Below are positions 1 through 9,961 of a DNA stretch of 62,722 bases, in pieces. Position numbers and translations under genes: made by a program. Source of the stretch: a virus (Duplodnaviria > Caudoviricetes); the IMG/VR virus record IMGVR_UViG_3300005826_000008, positions 1 through 62,722 of that record. One strand, given 5' to 3'. The notes under the pieces are model-generated. The model worked only from the letters and a program-made list of their open reading frames with translations. It had not been told where the DNA came from and did no database searches. The stretch's first letter is position 1; every line of letters starts with the position of its first letter.

Positions 1-114
1 ATGAACCGTGAAGAGAAATGTACTTACAAGAACGGAACATTCTGCAAGTGTAAAGACTGTGGCATAAAGTATAATTACAAGAGAAACGCGTAATTTTAAA
101 AACACAGCCGAAGG

Positions 115-142
115 TTGACGTCAGGGGAGGCGTGCTTACATT
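115..142 (+). promoter_or_regulatory. sigma70-like promoter upstream of Ro60 gene
   Basis: TTGACG-N16-TACATT; same architecture recurs at six other sites. Confidence 0.55.
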
Positions 143-207
143 CTAAATATGGCGCGGTGGTCGCGCTGCGATTTGTTGAATTTTTTCAAACAATAAAGGA
201 GTCTATT

Positions 208-1785
208 ATGGCAAACAAGAGTCTATTTTCAAGCAAGGGAAACAGCAACAAGCATTCGGTTAAGGTAGTTCGTAAGGCGGATACTCATAACTTGGCTGGA
301 GGTACTGCATATAAGTTGTCTGATAAGGCAGCTTTGGCGCAGTATGCTATGACAGGAACTTTCCAGGGAACATTTTATGCTGATGGTAAGAGTCAGTTAA
401 CTAAAGTTTTGGAAATGTCGAATAAGGTTGATGAAGAATTCCTTGCAAAGCTTGCAGTATATTCTAGGCAGCAAGGTTTTATGAAGGATATGCCTGCTGT
501 TCTTGCAGCTGTGGTTGCGGGAAGAGACTCTTCTTTATTGGAGAAGATCTTTCCAAAGGTCGTGGATAATCCAAAGATGGCAAGGAATTTTGTTCAGGTT
601 ATTCGTTCGGGTGCTACAGGACGTAAGTCTCTTGGAACTCGTCCAAAGAAGTTGATGCAAGCATACTTGTCAGGATTGAATGATGTCCAATTGTTCAAGG
701 CAAATATTGGCAACGATCCATCGTTGGCTGATATGATCAAGTTGGTTCACCCAAAGCCAGGCTCCAAGAGCAGAAATGCTTTGTATGCTTATCTTTTGGG
801 TAAGGAACATAGTGTTGAAGCATTGCCTCAATTGGTTAGAGACTTCGAGGTCTTCAAGAAGGAACTTGGGGCAGAAATGCCTGACGTTCCATTCCAGATG
901 TTGACGGCTTTGCCATTGACGAAGGATCACTGGAAGACCATTGCGCGTAATGCAACATGGAATCAAATCAGGCAAAACTTAAACACCTTTGCTCGTCATG
1001 GTGTGTTTGAGGATGAAAAGCTTGTCTCTGCTTTGGCAGAGAAGCTTTCTAACCCTGATCAGGTTAAGAGAGCAAAGGTATTCCCATACCAGTTGTTCAC
1101 TTCTTACCTGAACATTGATTCTAGCGTCCCAAAGAAGTTGTCGATTGCTTTGCAAAAGGCAGCTGATCTTTCTCTTGAGAACATTCCTGAAATGGAAGGT
1201 CAAGTCTATGTAATGGTAGACGTTTCTGGTTCTATGAGTTGGTCAATCACGGGTAACCGTGGATCTGCTACAAGCAAGATGCAGTGCGTTGATGTTGCGG
1301 CATTGATTGCATCTTCAATCTTGCGTAAGAACCCAGAGACTGTTATCCTTCCATTCGATACCAGTGTGCATAAGACTAACTTGAATCCTATGGATTCTAT
1401 TATGACGAATGCCAACATCTTGCGTAAGTTTGGTGGTGGTGGAACGAACTGTTCTCTTCCTTTGGCTCTTCTTAACCAACAAAAGGCAAAGGGCAACCTA
1501 GTTATCTATGTTAGCGATAACGAGAGCTGGGTTGATAGCACTCGCAGTTATGGAAGAGGAACTGAAACCATGAACCAGTGGCAGAAGTTCAAGGGACGCA
1601 ACCCAAAGGCAAAGCTTGTTTGTATTGATTTGAATCCAAATAGTACAACCCAAGCTCACGATCGCCCTGATATTCTCAATGTTGGATCATTTTCTGATAA
1701 TGTGTTTAATGTGGTTTCTACATTCACAAAGTTTGGTAATGATAAGGATCTTTGGGTCTCTGAGATAGAGAAAGTTAGTCTATGA
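208..1785 (+). CDS. rsr: Ro60/Rsr (TROVE + vWA domain) RNA-binding protein
   Basis: N-terminal NLAGGTAY, MKDMPA, HPKP, VFPYQLF, vWA MIDAS DVSGSM, GGGTN, YVSDNESW; ATG at 208 with AAGGAG RBS. Confidence 0.93.
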   Translation: MANKSLFSSKGNSNKHSVKVVRKADTHNLAGGTAYKLSDKAALAQYAMTGTFQGTFYADGKSQLTKVLEMSNKVDEEFLAKLAVYSRQQGFMKDMPAVLAAVVAGRDSSLLEKIFPKVVDNPKMARNFVQVIRSGATGRKSLGTRPKKLMQAYLSGLNDVQLFKANIGNDPSLADMIKLVHPKPGSKSRNALYAYLLGKEHSVEALPQLVRDFEVFKKELGAEMPDVPFQMLTALPLTKDHWKTIARNATWNQIRQNLNTFARHGVFEDEKLVSALAEKLSNPDQVKRAKVFPYQLFTSYLNIDSSVPKKLSIALQKAADLSLENIPEMEGQVYVMVDVSGSMSWSITGNRGSATSKMQCVDVAALIASSILRKNPETVILPFDTSVHKTNLNPMDSIMTNANILRKFGGGGTNCSLPLALLNQQKAKGNLVIYVSDNESWVDSTRSYGRGTETMNQWQKFKGRNPKAKLVCIDLNPNSTTQAHDRPDILNVGSFSDNVFNVVSTFTKFGNDKDLWVSEIEKVSL

Positions 1786-2435
1786 TTAACTCATCACAGG
1801 CATTTATAGATAAAATCAATTCACCAGAATATGGTGTATGGTTTTCTATGATTAAGAGATGCCACGACCATAATAATAAGTATTACTGTAATTATGGTGG
1901 TCGTGGTATCTCTGTCTGTGATAGGTGGTTAGGTTTTGATGGGTTCGATAATTTTATTGAGGATATGGGACATAGACCGTCAAAAAATCTTTCATTAGAT
2001 AGAATAGATAATAATGGTAATTACTGCCCAAGTAATTGTCGTTGGGCTACAGCAAAACAGCAAGCGCAAAATAGAAGAAGTAACAGATTAATTACAATAG
2101 ATGGTAATGAAAAATCTGTAGCTGAATGGGCAGATATTTCTGGTATAAGTCAAAGAACTATTAGAGATAGATTAGATTCCGGATGGGATCCTAAAAAAGC
2201 AGTATTTACTAATACTAGAAGTGAAGTTAAAATAGTTATTGGAGAGAAATTTGGTAAGTGGACAATAATAAGAAATGATTGTGAGAAAGTAAAATCTGGA
2301 TCGGCAAGATGTACAGTTCAATGTGATTGTGGAAACATATCAACAATTCGTTTTTATGATTTGAAAGTAGGAAAAACTACACAATGTAAATCTTGTTGTA
2401 TGAAAGGAAATTTTTATGCAAAAAAAGTACAATAA
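1782..2435 (+). CDS. HNH-type homing endonuclease
   Basis: YGGRGISVCDRW...SLDRIDNNGNYCPSNCRWAT motif, C-terminal CDCG. Confidence 0.85.
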   Translation: MINSSQAFIDKINSPEYGVWFSMIKRCHDHNNKYYCNYGGRGISVCDRWLGFDGFDNFIEDMGHRPSKNLSLDRIDNNGNYCPSNCRWATAKQQAQNRRSNRLITIDGNEKSVAEWADISGISQRTIRDRLDSGWDPKKAVFTNTRSEVKIVIGEKFGKWTIIRNDCEKVKSGSARCTVQCDCGNISTIRFYDLKVGKTTQCKSCCMKGNFYAKKVQ

Positions 2436-2703
2436 GGCGAAGAATATTATATGTGATAATGATTTTGATCATGTAGCTATTGTTATTGATAATTTGCGTT
2501 TTTAAGACTGCAAATGTTTGGGCTATTATTCGTCATAATGATGATGACACTATAAAGATATTAGAAACTAATGATCCAAATAATTGTAAAGGTTGGCTTG
2601 TAAATTGATTAAAATAAATTAAGGTCGTAGCAGCGGGTAAGGGTTCTGAATACAGGCAGCTGTGTTGAAGGAACTACCTTAATTATTTTCTATATTATCT
2701 ATT

Positions 2704-3180
2704 ATGAATATTGATTTCTCACAAAAAGAATTACGCTTTTTAATCAAGGCATTGGTTATGACTTATGCTGAAGATTATTATGATTTTGATTTAGATCATG
2801 CCGGAGGTTTTGGGGTTAGATTAGATATTCTTGGAAAGATTATTTCCCAATTAAAACGTGAGGGTAGAGAATACTTTAATGAAGTAAGTAAACTATCTAG
2901 TAATAAGAGTAGATTTACCTCCTATTTATTTATGGGAGCCAATAAATATTCTACAGTGCAAATGAATCTTCTCTTTAGAAGAATTCGTTTTGCAATAAAT
3001 GAAATCAGTGCTATGCAACAAATGGGTGGTATGGGAACTAATTTTGATCAAGATGAATATGATAAAGCTAAATCAAATGTTACGTTAGTCGTTCTTGATG
3101 TGATGGAAGCATTGGGCGTAACTCCTAAGGATGTTTTAGATCATACTTTATGTGTAGGTAAAAGGATTATCAATAAATGA
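2704..3180 (+). CDS. hypothetical protein
   Basis: 158-aa ORF coupled to the next gene. Confidence 0.6.
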   Translation: MNIDFSQKELRFLIKALVMTYAEDYYDFDLDHAGGFGVRLDILGKIISQLKREGREYFNEVSKLSSNKSRFTSYLFMGANKYSTVQMNLLFRRIRFAINEISAMQQMGGMGTNFDQDEYDKAKSNVTLVVLDVMEALGVTPKDVLDHTLCVGKRIINK

Positions 3181-3677
3181 AGATTTTTCTATTAGAGAAA
3201 CATGTATTTCCTATTAGTGTGCCGTATAAGTATTATTTTGCGTCTAAAGCAGAACTTATGAACCAGTACAATAATTATATTAATTATTCTGATGTCGAAT
3301 GTAAAATGTTCGAATATGAAATTCCTGATGAAAAATTATACTGGTTAATTGTAAAAAATTATATAGAAAAGACCTCGTATCTTTCTTATGAGAATAGAAA
3401 AGAAATAAGTTTGGATCAATGGTGTGTATATTTAGTTGAGTGCTCTGATCATTCTATTTATACTGGTATTACTATTGATGTTAAAAAGAGATTGCAGAAA
3501 CATAACAATGGAACTGGCGCGAAGTATACAGCAGCCAGAAGACCTGTTAAGTTATTAAGAACGATACCTTGTTCGTCTCATTCAGAAGCTTTAAAGCTTG
3601 AAGCGAAGATTAAGAAATTAAAAAGAAGAGCTAAATTGGATTTGATAAAGAGTGGAGACTTAGAGTATGCCTTTTAA
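3177..3677 (+). CDS. GIY-YIG nuclease domain protein
   Basis: VYLVECSDHSIYTGITIDVKKRLQKHNNGTGAKYT...EALKLE. Confidence 0.85.
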   Translation: MKIFLLEKHVFPISVPYKYYFASKAELMNQYNNYINYSDVECKMFEYEIPDEKLYWLIVKNYIEKTSYLSYENRKEISLDQWCVYLVECSDHSIYTGITIDVKKRLQKHNNGTGAKYTAARRPVKLLRTIPCSSHSEALKLEAKIKKLKRRAKLDLIKSGDLEYAF

Positions 3678-4536
3678 GATAAAGCCAGTAGGAAAACAAG
3701 CGAGGATAGCGGGGAGCAAACTTTCTCATGCTCTCATGAATAATCCGCTTCAAATTATAGCAAAAGAGACGCTTGAAGTAATTAAGTCGGGTATGTATTC
3801 TTATGATGAGGATAAGTATGTTAATATCTCAAACCTAATTGATCAATCAGTTAATTATACTGAGTATTGGTCATCTCAACCTACTCTCTTGGTAAGAGAG
3901 ACTTCATCTGTAGTTGAGGTTACTTCTGAGACTACAAACCAGGCTGCGGTTAGGTTATTGAGTGAAGGTCATAAGGATATTGTTGCTTTAAACTTTGCAT
4001 CAGCAACTAATCCAGGAGGAGGGTGGTTGCATGGAGCGGTTGCTCAAGAAGAAGACCTTTGTAGGCGATCTGTTTTATATGAGTGTATAAGAAAACAAAC
4101 GGCTTATTACAATAAGAATATTCCGAATGGTAAGAAAGGTTATACAGATGGAATGATATATTCTCCAGATGTTACTTTCTTTAGAGATGAAGATTATAAA
4201 CTATTAGAAGTACCATATAGTCTATCTATTATTACAGCGCCAGCACCTAATGTTTGGCAAATGGAGGATCCTTCTGAAGATAGATTAATAGAAATCTTCA
4301 AGAGAAGGACTAGGATGATTTTGAGTATTGCGGCTAAGCATAATCACAAAACAATTATATTAGGTGCTTGGGGATGTGGAGCTTTCGGTAATAATGCCCA
4401 AATGGTTGCAGAAGCATTTGATAAAGCCTTAAGAGAGATTCCAGCATTTGAATATGTTTGTTTTGCTGTTTATGATTCGCATAAAGGCAAGCCAATATTT
4501 AATACATTTAACGATTATTTTGCAGGTTTAGAATGA
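3667..4536 (+). CDS. TIGR02452-family macrodomain protein (bacterial PARG-like ADP-ribose glycohydrolase)
   Basis: LNFASATNPGGG...AQEEDLCRRS and ILGAWGCGAFGN motifs. Confidence 0.88.
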   Translation: MPFKIKPVGKQARIAGSKLSHALMNNPLQIIAKETLEVIKSGMYSYDEDKYVNISNLIDQSVNYTEYWSSQPTLLVRETSSVVEVTSETTNQAAVRLLSEGHKDIVALNFASATNPGGGWLHGAVAQEEDLCRRSVLYECIRKQTAYYNKNIPNGKKGYTDGMIYSPDVTFFRDEDYKLLEVPYSLSIITAPAPNVWQMEDPSEDRLIEIFKRRTRMILSIAAKHNHKTIILGAWGCGAFGNNAQMVAEAFDKALREIPAFEYVCFAVYDSHKGKPIFNTFNDYFAGLE

Positions 4537-4850
4537 GAGTCTACGCAATTAAATACAAGAAGGATCTTAATATCCCGCCGAAACCTCCGGTATCAGTAAA
4601 TGATTTTACTAAAGGACCATTCATTAGGGCAGTAGATGAGTACGAACCTTTTTTGTATAGAACAAAATCTGAAGCTAAAAAGGAAGCAGAAAATCTTAGT
4701 ATAGAGAAAGAGTTCGATCTCACTTCTTGTGAAGTAGTATCACTATACATTGATGAGGCTGATGCGATATTTCATCTATACAATATAGCTTTTAGTGTCT
4801 TTCCTGAGTTTAGGAAATGTGCAATAGAACCTCCAAAGGATCTTTTATAA
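4533..4850 (+). CDS. hypothetical protein
   Basis: ATGA-coupled ORF. Confidence 0.55.
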   Translation: MRVYAIKYKKDLNIPPKPPVSVNDFTKGPFIRAVDEYEPFLYRTKSEAKKEAENLSIEKEFDLTSCEVVSLYIDEADAIFHLYNIAFSVFPEFRKCAIEPPKDLL

Positions 4851-5338
4851 TGTTTTGTCTGCCCTCAAAAGATAAAGTTAGATGCGCTCATTGTGGTAAT
4901 GAAGATATTCATTGGGAGCACACAAACATTACGCATGATTGTTATTCATATGCAGATCATTATTGTAAACATCATAGAGTACATTGGAGATGTAAATGGG
5001 AAGAATGTTCTTATGATATAGAGTATTGTTCATCATTACCCTCTGGTATTATTGTGTATACAGTATATGGTAGTTCATGGAATGAAATAAGTAATTGCGA
5101 ACATTCATGTTCATCTCATGATGATCCTGTAATTAAAACAATAGGTATAGTTAAATCTTTCTCTAAAGAGAATGTAACTGGATATGTTAAGGTTGAAGAT
5201 CAGTTATATAGTTTTCATTCAACTTGTTTTGTTTGTTCTAGGACTCCAAGGTATCCTATAGCAGGTGAAGAGGTTGAGGTAATGATAAAGAAGGTTAATG
5301 ATGAGGATATTGTAATAGCCATGTCTTCTAATCTTTAA
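4850..5338 (+). CDS. Cys/His-rich protein with C-terminal cold-shock/OB-like domain
   Basis: GIVKSFSKENVTGYV...YSFHST...GEEVEV resembles a cold-shock domain. Confidence 0.5.
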   Translation: MFCLPSKDKVRCAHCGNEDIHWEHTNITHDCYSYADHYCKHHRVHWRCKWEECSYDIEYCSSLPSGIIVYTVYGSSWNEISNCEHSCSSHDDPVIKTIGIVKSFSKENVTGYVKVEDQLYSFHSTCFVCSRTPRYPIAGEEVEVMIKKVNDEDIVIAMSSNL

Positions 5339-5360
5339 TGAAAGATTCTAATTCATAGTT

Positions 5361-5552
5361 ATGAAAAATGGATTAGTAATAGATAGATATGGATCTAAAA
5401 GATGGTATAGAGATGATCTTTTACATAGAGAAGATGGACCAGATATTGAATATAGTAATGGAAGTAAAGAATGGTATTATGAAGGAAAAAAAATAGAGTG
5501 TTCTTCTAATGATGAGTTTTTAAGATTGATTAAGTTAAAAGCATTCTGGTAA
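5361..5552 (+). CDS. small LHREDGP-repeat phage protein with C-terminal KLKAFW
   Basis: LHREDGPDIEYSNGSKEWY motif. Confidence 0.7.
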   Translation: MKNGLVIDRYGSKRWYRDDLLHREDGPDIEYSNGSKEWYYEGKKIECSSNDEFLRLIKLKAFW

Positions 5553-5570
5553 TTTGGTAATATATTTATT

Positions 5571-6269
5571 ATGTTGAAATGGAAAAATCCTTTATTAACT
5601 TTGGGCGAAAGGTGTGTAGCCTTTTCTGAGAACGAACTTAACAATGGAGTAAAGGAATCATATTCTGGTTCTTACACATCCCCTCGTATTGCAGAGTACT
5701 TCTCTATTTGTACAAGGGTACAACATGGCAGTGAAGTACCAATAGGTATAACAAAAGGTAATTGGTGTGCTGCTTCAGCTTCATTTGCTCTTCATGAATG
5801 TTTATTACCGGGAGATACTATCCCTCATGGATATAGAGTTGGTGTTGTTGAGATTGTATCGGATCTAAAAGAAGTTGGCAGATGGCATACCAAAAAGGAT
5901 GTTCAGGATAGCAAGTATAAAATCCAAGTTGGAGATGCTATTGTTTTTGATAGGAGCCAACCAAACAAACCGGAAACTAAATGGTTTCGTCATATAGGAA
6001 GAGTATATAGTAAATCCGGTGATGAATTTGAATGCATCAGTGGAAATAGTTATGGTCAGTGGAGAATTAGTAAACATAAATTGACGCAACCTAACTTAAT
6101 TGGTTTTGGAGAGTATCCAGGAATTAGATCTGTACCAACTGGTATTCCAGAAGTAGATATGGATTGGTCAAATATAGATGTTAAGGATTTGGTTCCATTA
6201 GAAGATACTGGTAAAGATTTGGAGAAAGAAGATTTTGCCGATATATTCTCTGGAATATTTAGAAAATAA
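5571..6269 (+). CDS. CHAP/NlpC-P60-like amidase (candidate lysin)
   Basis: NWCAA, GDAIVF, HIGRV, ISGN catalytic pattern. Confidence 0.6.
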   Translation: MLKWKNPLLTLGERCVAFSENELNNGVKESYSGSYTSPRIAEYFSICTRVQHGSEVPIGITKGNWCAASASFALHECLLPGDTIPHGYRVGVVEIVSDLKEVGRWHTKKDVQDSKYKIQVGDAIVFDRSQPNKPETKWFRHIGRVYSKSGDEFECISGNSYGQWRISKHKLTQPNLIGFGEYPGIRSVPTGIPEVDMDWSNIDVKDLVPLEDTGKDLEKEDFADIFSGIFRK

Positions 6270-6285
6270 CGTATATTTAATTTTG

Positions 6286-6846
6286 TTATCTAGCAGATAC
6301 ATTAATCTTAATTGGAAAAGTTAAGTTAGTGGTTATATCAACTTGTCTAACTACATTGATTACTGCTTGATCATTCAGCATATGAGTTATGCTTTCTTTA
6401 ATTTTTGGAACTAATGATCCAAATGTAGGAGCAATTTCTCTTGTTAAATTCTTTTGAGGGGCTGATTGGTTATGTGGAATGCCAATAGCACTTTCTAATT
6501 TTATTACATAATTAAATGTTCCTTCTGGAAAATGTTCATTCTTTTGGTATGTTTGCTGTATAATTGTAGGATCTAATCTCATACCTACATTGAATGTAAG
6601 TACGAACATATAATATTGATCAGCGTTTGGTACACTAGGCATTATTACTGAATTCCAAATAAAATCTTCGTTTGTTGCTAGTAATACTTGAGGAACATTA
6701 AGAGATATGAATCTATCAATGTAACTTACTACCTTATCTTGTGGAACTTCTTGTTGTTGAGATAATTTTTCCAATATTTTTTGTTGGTTCTTGGCAATTT
6801 TAAATAGTTTTTTAATTATTTCTTTGTTTTCCATTTTGGATTCCAC
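6286..6846 (-). CDS. hypothetical protein
   Basis: 186-aa minus-strand ORF filling the gap. Confidence 0.65.
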   Translation of the reverse strand: MESKMENKEIIKKLFKIAKNQQKILEKLSQQQEVPQDKVVSYIDRFISLNVPQVLLATNEDFIWNSVIMPSVPNADQYYMFVLTFNVGMRLDPTIIQQTYQKNEHFPEGTFNYVIKLESAIGIPHNQSAPQKNLTREIAPTFGSLVPKIKESITHMLNDQAVINVVRQVDITTNLTFPIKINVSAR

Positions 6847-6946
6847 TTGACAAAGGTTTATTATTTATATATTTTGTTATGCACAGTGATATTAACAATA
6901 TAATATACTATCTATATATTTTATATCACAGGGGAAGGTAAAAATA

Positions 6947-7681
6947 ATGACTGCTATTAAAGGTACCAATTATGATTTAATGAAGCAAGTTTCTTCAGGG
7001 AAGTATCATAATATGAATTTTGGAGTATTAGTTTCTGGTACTGGATCTAATTTACAAGCAATAATTGATGCCATTGAATCCGGTAGATTAGATGCAAATA
7101 TTAAGTTAGTTATTTGTAATAAATCAAAAGCAAAAGCTATTGAGAGAGCAAAGAAACATAACATCCCTGTAAAAATAATTAAGCATTCCAAATTCAAATC
7201 TCGTGATGAATTTGAACAAGTTTTAGTTGATGAGTTCAAGAATGTTAACATTGATTATATAGTCCTTGCTGGATTTATGAGGATATTAACTTCAACATTT
7301 CTTAATGCTTTTCATATGAGGGTAATTAATATCCACCCTGCATTACTTCCTTCTTTTAAAGGAGTTGATGCTCAGCAACAGGCTTTGGATTATGGAGTTT
7401 GTGTTACGGGATGTACAGTTCATTTTGTTGATGAAGGAACTGATACAGGACCAATCATAGCACAAACACCAGTGTTGGTTGAGCCTAATGATACAAGGGA
7501 TGACCTTGCGCATAGGATTCTAGAGCAGGAACACATTTTGTTACCAACGGTGTTGCAGTGGATTGCCAGAGGTGACGTTCAGGTCGTGGAAGAAGAAGGA
7601 AAGCGCCCCCGGATTTTAAAAAAATACGACGGGGTTGACGGTCGGCGAGGCGAGGTTATATTGGATGATGTGAGGGGGTGA
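6947..7681 (+). CDS. purN: phosphoribosylglycinamide formyltransferase
   Basis: SGTGSNLQA, VLAGFMRIL, NIHPALLPSFKG, GCTVHFVDEGTDTGPII. Confidence 0.95.
   Translation: MTAIKGTNYDLMKQVSSGKYHNMNFGVLVSGTGSNLQAIIDAIESGRLDANIKLVICNKSKAKAIERAKKHNIPVKIIKHSKFKSRDEFEQVLVDEFKNVNIDYIVLAGFMRILTSTFLNAFHMRVINIHPALLPSFKGVDAQQQALDYGVCVTGCTVHFVDEGTDTGPIIAQTPVLVEPNDTRDDLAHRILEQEHILLPTVLQWIARGDVQVVEEEGKRPRILKKYDGVDGRRGEVILDDVRG
7635..7662 (+). promoter_or_regulatory. sigma70-like promoter upstream of tRNA/Y-RNA array
   Basis: GGGG-TTGACG-N16-TATATT. Confidence 0.55.
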
Positions 7682-7764
7682 TAAAAAATCACTAACTGAT
7701 TGAAAAAGTTGAAAACTAATACGCATAATGATATATAGTCTTTAGGATATTGGTTATTATTTAT

Positions 7765-7840
7765 AGGAAAGTAGCTCAGGATGGAGCGCGTGGCGTTGGT
7801 GCTTCGAGGTCGAATGGTGAAAGTCCTTCCTTTCCTACCA
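7765..7840 (+). tRNA. atypical tRNA (Pro-like, irregular anticodon arm)
   Basis: AGGAAAG/CTTTCCT acceptor + ACCA, TAGCTCAG D-arm, non-canonical T loop. Confidence 0.5.
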
Positions 7841-7841
7841 A

Positions 7842-7905
7842 GGCAAATGCCGTAGGGATTACATTTACAGAAAATAAATAACAGATCTCTACATTATTAG
7901 TTGCC
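7842..7905 (+). ncRNA. Y RNA-like copy Y1 (minimal; anticodon-like loop GAA)
   Basis: GGCAA-ATGC-CGTAGGGAT-TACATT...ATCTCTAC...TTGCC; hairpin ATTTA-CAGAAAA-TAAAT. Confidence 0.8.
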
Positions 7906-7910
7906 ACAAT

Positions 7911-7985
7911 GGTACATTGGTCCAACGGTTAAGACGCTGTGCTGATAACGCGGAAACCTAAGTTCAACTCTTAGATGTACCACCA
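7911..7985 (+). tRNA. tRNA-Ile(GAT)
   Basis: cloverleaf, CTGTG-CTGATAA-CGCGG, CCA. Confidence 0.9.
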
Positions 7986-7989
7986 TCAT

Positions 7990-8093
7990 GGACTAGCAGC
8001 TCGAAGAAGGAGCACCGGGACTTGAGCGAACAGCATAGAGTTATAAAAAATTCACCCGAAGGTTGTAGGTTAAATTCCTATCTTAGTCCACCA
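7990..8093 (+). tRNA. tRNA-like RNA with ~35-nt expanded anticodon loop
   Basis: GGACTAG/TTAGTCC acceptor + ACCA; D and T arms present; anticodon stem CGGG/CCCG encloses a long insert. Confidence 0.6.
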
Positions 8094-8145
8094 AGACGAC
8101 CTCCTTTGTCTAGACTTGTGGCAAGTCTTTAAACTGCCTCTTTAT

Positions 8146-8216
8146 AGGTACGAGTCAAGGTGACAACAGAGCCTCCAAAACTCTGGAAGAGGGTTCGATT
8201 CCTTCCGTGCCTGCCA
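8146..8216 (+). tRNA. tRNA-Trp(CCA)
   Basis: AGAGC-CTCCAAA-ACTCT, GGTTCGATTCC, GCCA. Confidence 0.85.
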
Positions 8217-8283
8217 TCTGAATGCTAGGTTGGGATTACATTTTTATTTGGAAAACAAACATCTCAATCACTTTTTGTCAGAT
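8217..8283 (+). ncRNA. Y RNA-like copy Y2 (minimal)
   Basis: TCTGA-ATGC-TAGGTTGGGAT-TACATT...ATCTCAATC-ACTTTTTG-TCAGA. Confidence 0.8.
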
Positions 8284-8288
8284 ACTAT

Positions 8289-8375
8289 CCCGACTGAATC
8301 GATGGCTGGGACCATCCCTTGGCTGTAAACCAAGTGCCGAAGTGCTATGAGGTTCGATTCCTTCAGGCGGGACCA
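8289..8375 (+). tRNA. tRNA-Tyr(GTA), atypical D arm
   Basis: CTTGG-CTGTAAA-CCAAG, long variable arm, GGTTCGATTCC, ACCA. Confidence 0.75.
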
Positions 8376-8376
8376 A

Positions 8377-8476
8377 GCTTTCACTGATATATTTCTGGCG
8401 GAATATCTGCACGTGCAGTGTCAGGAACCACATGTGGTTTGGGGTTCGATTCCTCCTGTGTTAGCCTAGAGAAAGC
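8377..8476 (+). ncRNA. tRNA-like structured RNA
   Basis: GCTTTC/GAAAGC closing stem, GGGGTTCGATTCCTC T-arm, palindromic arms, no CCA. Confidence 0.35.
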
Positions 8477-8516
8477 ACTTTATGTGCCTTGTTCGTTGAC
8501 AATATGATAATACTAT

Positions 8517-8609
8517 GGGCTTCTGGTGTAATCGGAATCGTAAAGGTTCTAACAACATATCTAGCGAGTGAGCTAGAAGTTGCAGGTGCAAATCCTGCGG
8601 AGCCCACCA
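8517..8609 (+). tRNA. atypical tRNA-like RNA (extended D arm, 6-nt anticodon loop)
   Basis: GGGCTTC/GGAGCCC + ACCA; CTAGC-GAGTGA-GCTAG; GCAGG/CCTGC T arm. Confidence 0.55.
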
Positions 8610-8739
8610 ATGGCAAATGCAGTATGGCTTTACATTGCATTATAAGCACGAGGTTATAGGTTCGAGTCCTATTGTCACTGTGTTGACATAGCTCAATTGG
8701 TAGAGCGCGTAAAACTGAAGTCTACATTTTTGTTGCCAT
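8610..8739 (+). ncRNA. Y RNA-like copy Y3 (YrlA-type permuted tRNA; loop TAT)
   Basis: ATGGCAA/TTGCCAT stem + motif; order T-arm (ATAGGTTCGAGTCCTAT), closed acceptor TGTCA/TGACA, D-arm TAGCTCAATTGGTAGAGC. Confidence 0.88.
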
Positions 8740-8745
8740 TTATTT

Positions 8746-8821
8746 CGGAGCAATGGCTTGTTGGTAAGCCGCCAGTTTTGGGTACTGGAGATTGCGAGTT
8801 CGACTCTCGCTGTTCCGACCA
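8746..8821 (+). tRNA. tRNA-Pro(TGG)
   Basis: CCAGT-TTTGGGT-ACTGG, C1-G72, ACCA. Confidence 0.88.
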
Positions 8822-8869
8822 CACTGTAATTTCACTATGATCTACAGTGTATATTACAATTAGAAGGAT

Positions 8870-8944
8870 CAGGGATTGGTGTTTAATGGTAGCATAGTCG
8901 GTTTGGATCCGAGCGGTCCGGTTCGAATCCGGTATCCCTGACCA
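8870..8944 (+). tRNA. tRNA-Pro(TGG), second copy
   Basis: CAGGGAT/ATCCCTG + ACCA; TCGG-TTTGGAT-CCGA. Confidence 0.8.
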
Positions 8945-9036
8945 ATGATTAGAAGTAGCATGGTGTATAGGGAGATCCTATAACGAAAATTCAAAAATTC
9001 AAAAGAAGTTTCATGAAACACTACTTCTAATTTTAT

Positions 9037-9114
9037 ATATCCGTAGCTTTAAAATACAAAGCACCACACATGTAGTGTGGATGGTTGTCGGTGTAAACCC
9101 GATCGGATATACCA
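9037..9114 (+). tRNA. atypical tRNA-Thr(TGT)-like
   Basis: ATATCCG/CGGATAT + ACCA; CCACA-CATGTAG-TGTGG; lacks D-loop GG and T-loop TTC. Confidence 0.55.
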
Positions 9115-9261
9115 TGGCAAATGCCGTTTGGCTTTACATTGCATTCGAAGCGCGAGGGCGTTGGTTCAATTCCAACTGCGGGTGCCAGTTTTAAAAATAC
9201 ACGCCCGCATGGTGTATGATGGACAGCACACGAAAATAGAGTCTTACATTTTTGTTGCCAT
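9114..9261 (+). ncRNA. Y RNA-like copy Y4 (permuted tRNA-Arg(TCG)-like with internal CCA)
   Basis: ATGGCAA/TTGCCAT + motif; TGC-ATTCGAA-GCG, T-arm GTTGGTTCAATTCCAAC, TGCGGGT-G-CCA, linker, GCCCGCA, D-arm. Confidence 0.88.
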
Positions 9262-9339
9262 TTATTTCAGTAAATCTTTTTGGCAAGTGTCTTAATTTAG
9301 GATTACAAACTATTTGTAATCCTTGATATATATCTTGGT

Positions 9340-9861
9340 ATGGACGCTAAAATTTGTACTAAGTGTGGTGAAAATAAAAATATAGATTGTTTTTCTCCCA
9401 GAGAAAATGGAAAATTTGCGAGTGCTTGTAAAAAATGTAAAGCTTCTTATAGAAGAGAGAAGTATAAAGCCAAACCAAAAGAGCAATATGAGATACTATA
9501 TGAAAAAGTATGTAGTATTTGTGGAGAGTTAAAATCAATTGAAGATTTTTATAAGAATTCTAGATGCTCTACGTACAGAAATGAATGTAAAGAGTGTCTT
9601 AAAGTAAGAGTCTTAAATTATCGTACAGAGATTATAGAGTTAGTTAGAGAATTAAAATCTAAACCATGCACAGATTGTGGTTGTGTTTTCCCTTATTATG
9701 TCATGGATTTTGATCATAAAGAAGGACACGAAAAATTATTTGAAATCTCTCAAATGAGACGTCATTCTAAAGAGTTAGTTTTATTGGAAATACAAAAATG
9801 TGATCTTGTTTGTTCTAATTGTCATCGTATTAGAACTTTCAATAGACTCGATAAAAAATAA
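9340..9861 (+). CDS. HNH endonuclease with CxxC repeats
   Basis: CTDCG...MDFDH...KCDLVCSNCHRIRT. Confidence 0.8.
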   Translation: MDAKICTKCGENKNIDCFSPRENGKFASACKKCKASYRREKYKAKPKEQYEILYEKVCSICGELKSIEDFYKNSRCSTYRNECKECLKVRVLNYRTEIIELVRELKSKPCTDCGCVFPYYVMDFDHKEGHEKLFEISQMRRHSKELVLLEIQKCDLVCSNCHRIRTFNRLDKK

Positions 9862-9961
9862 CTTGCTTTCTGTCGGCGCTGAAACATGCACAATGACAGA
9901 ACCACTGAGTGTAGCCTCGATGATGATCCATTAATTTGGTCAGCTACACATGGTGGGAAAC

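Noticed and set aside
115-207. TTG-initiated N-terminal extension of Ro60
   Set aside because: The TTG is the -35 box; the ATG at 208 has an RBS.
8461-9295. Short ORFs overlapping tRNA/Y RNA genes (also 13722, 24705, 34843-35135, 44860-45226)
   Set aside because: Spurious ORFs caused by GC-rich structured RNA genes.
9299-9323. AGGATTACAAA-CTA-TTTGTAATCC as a 16th Y RNA
   Set aside because: A simple perfect hairpin without the AAUG motif or outer stem.
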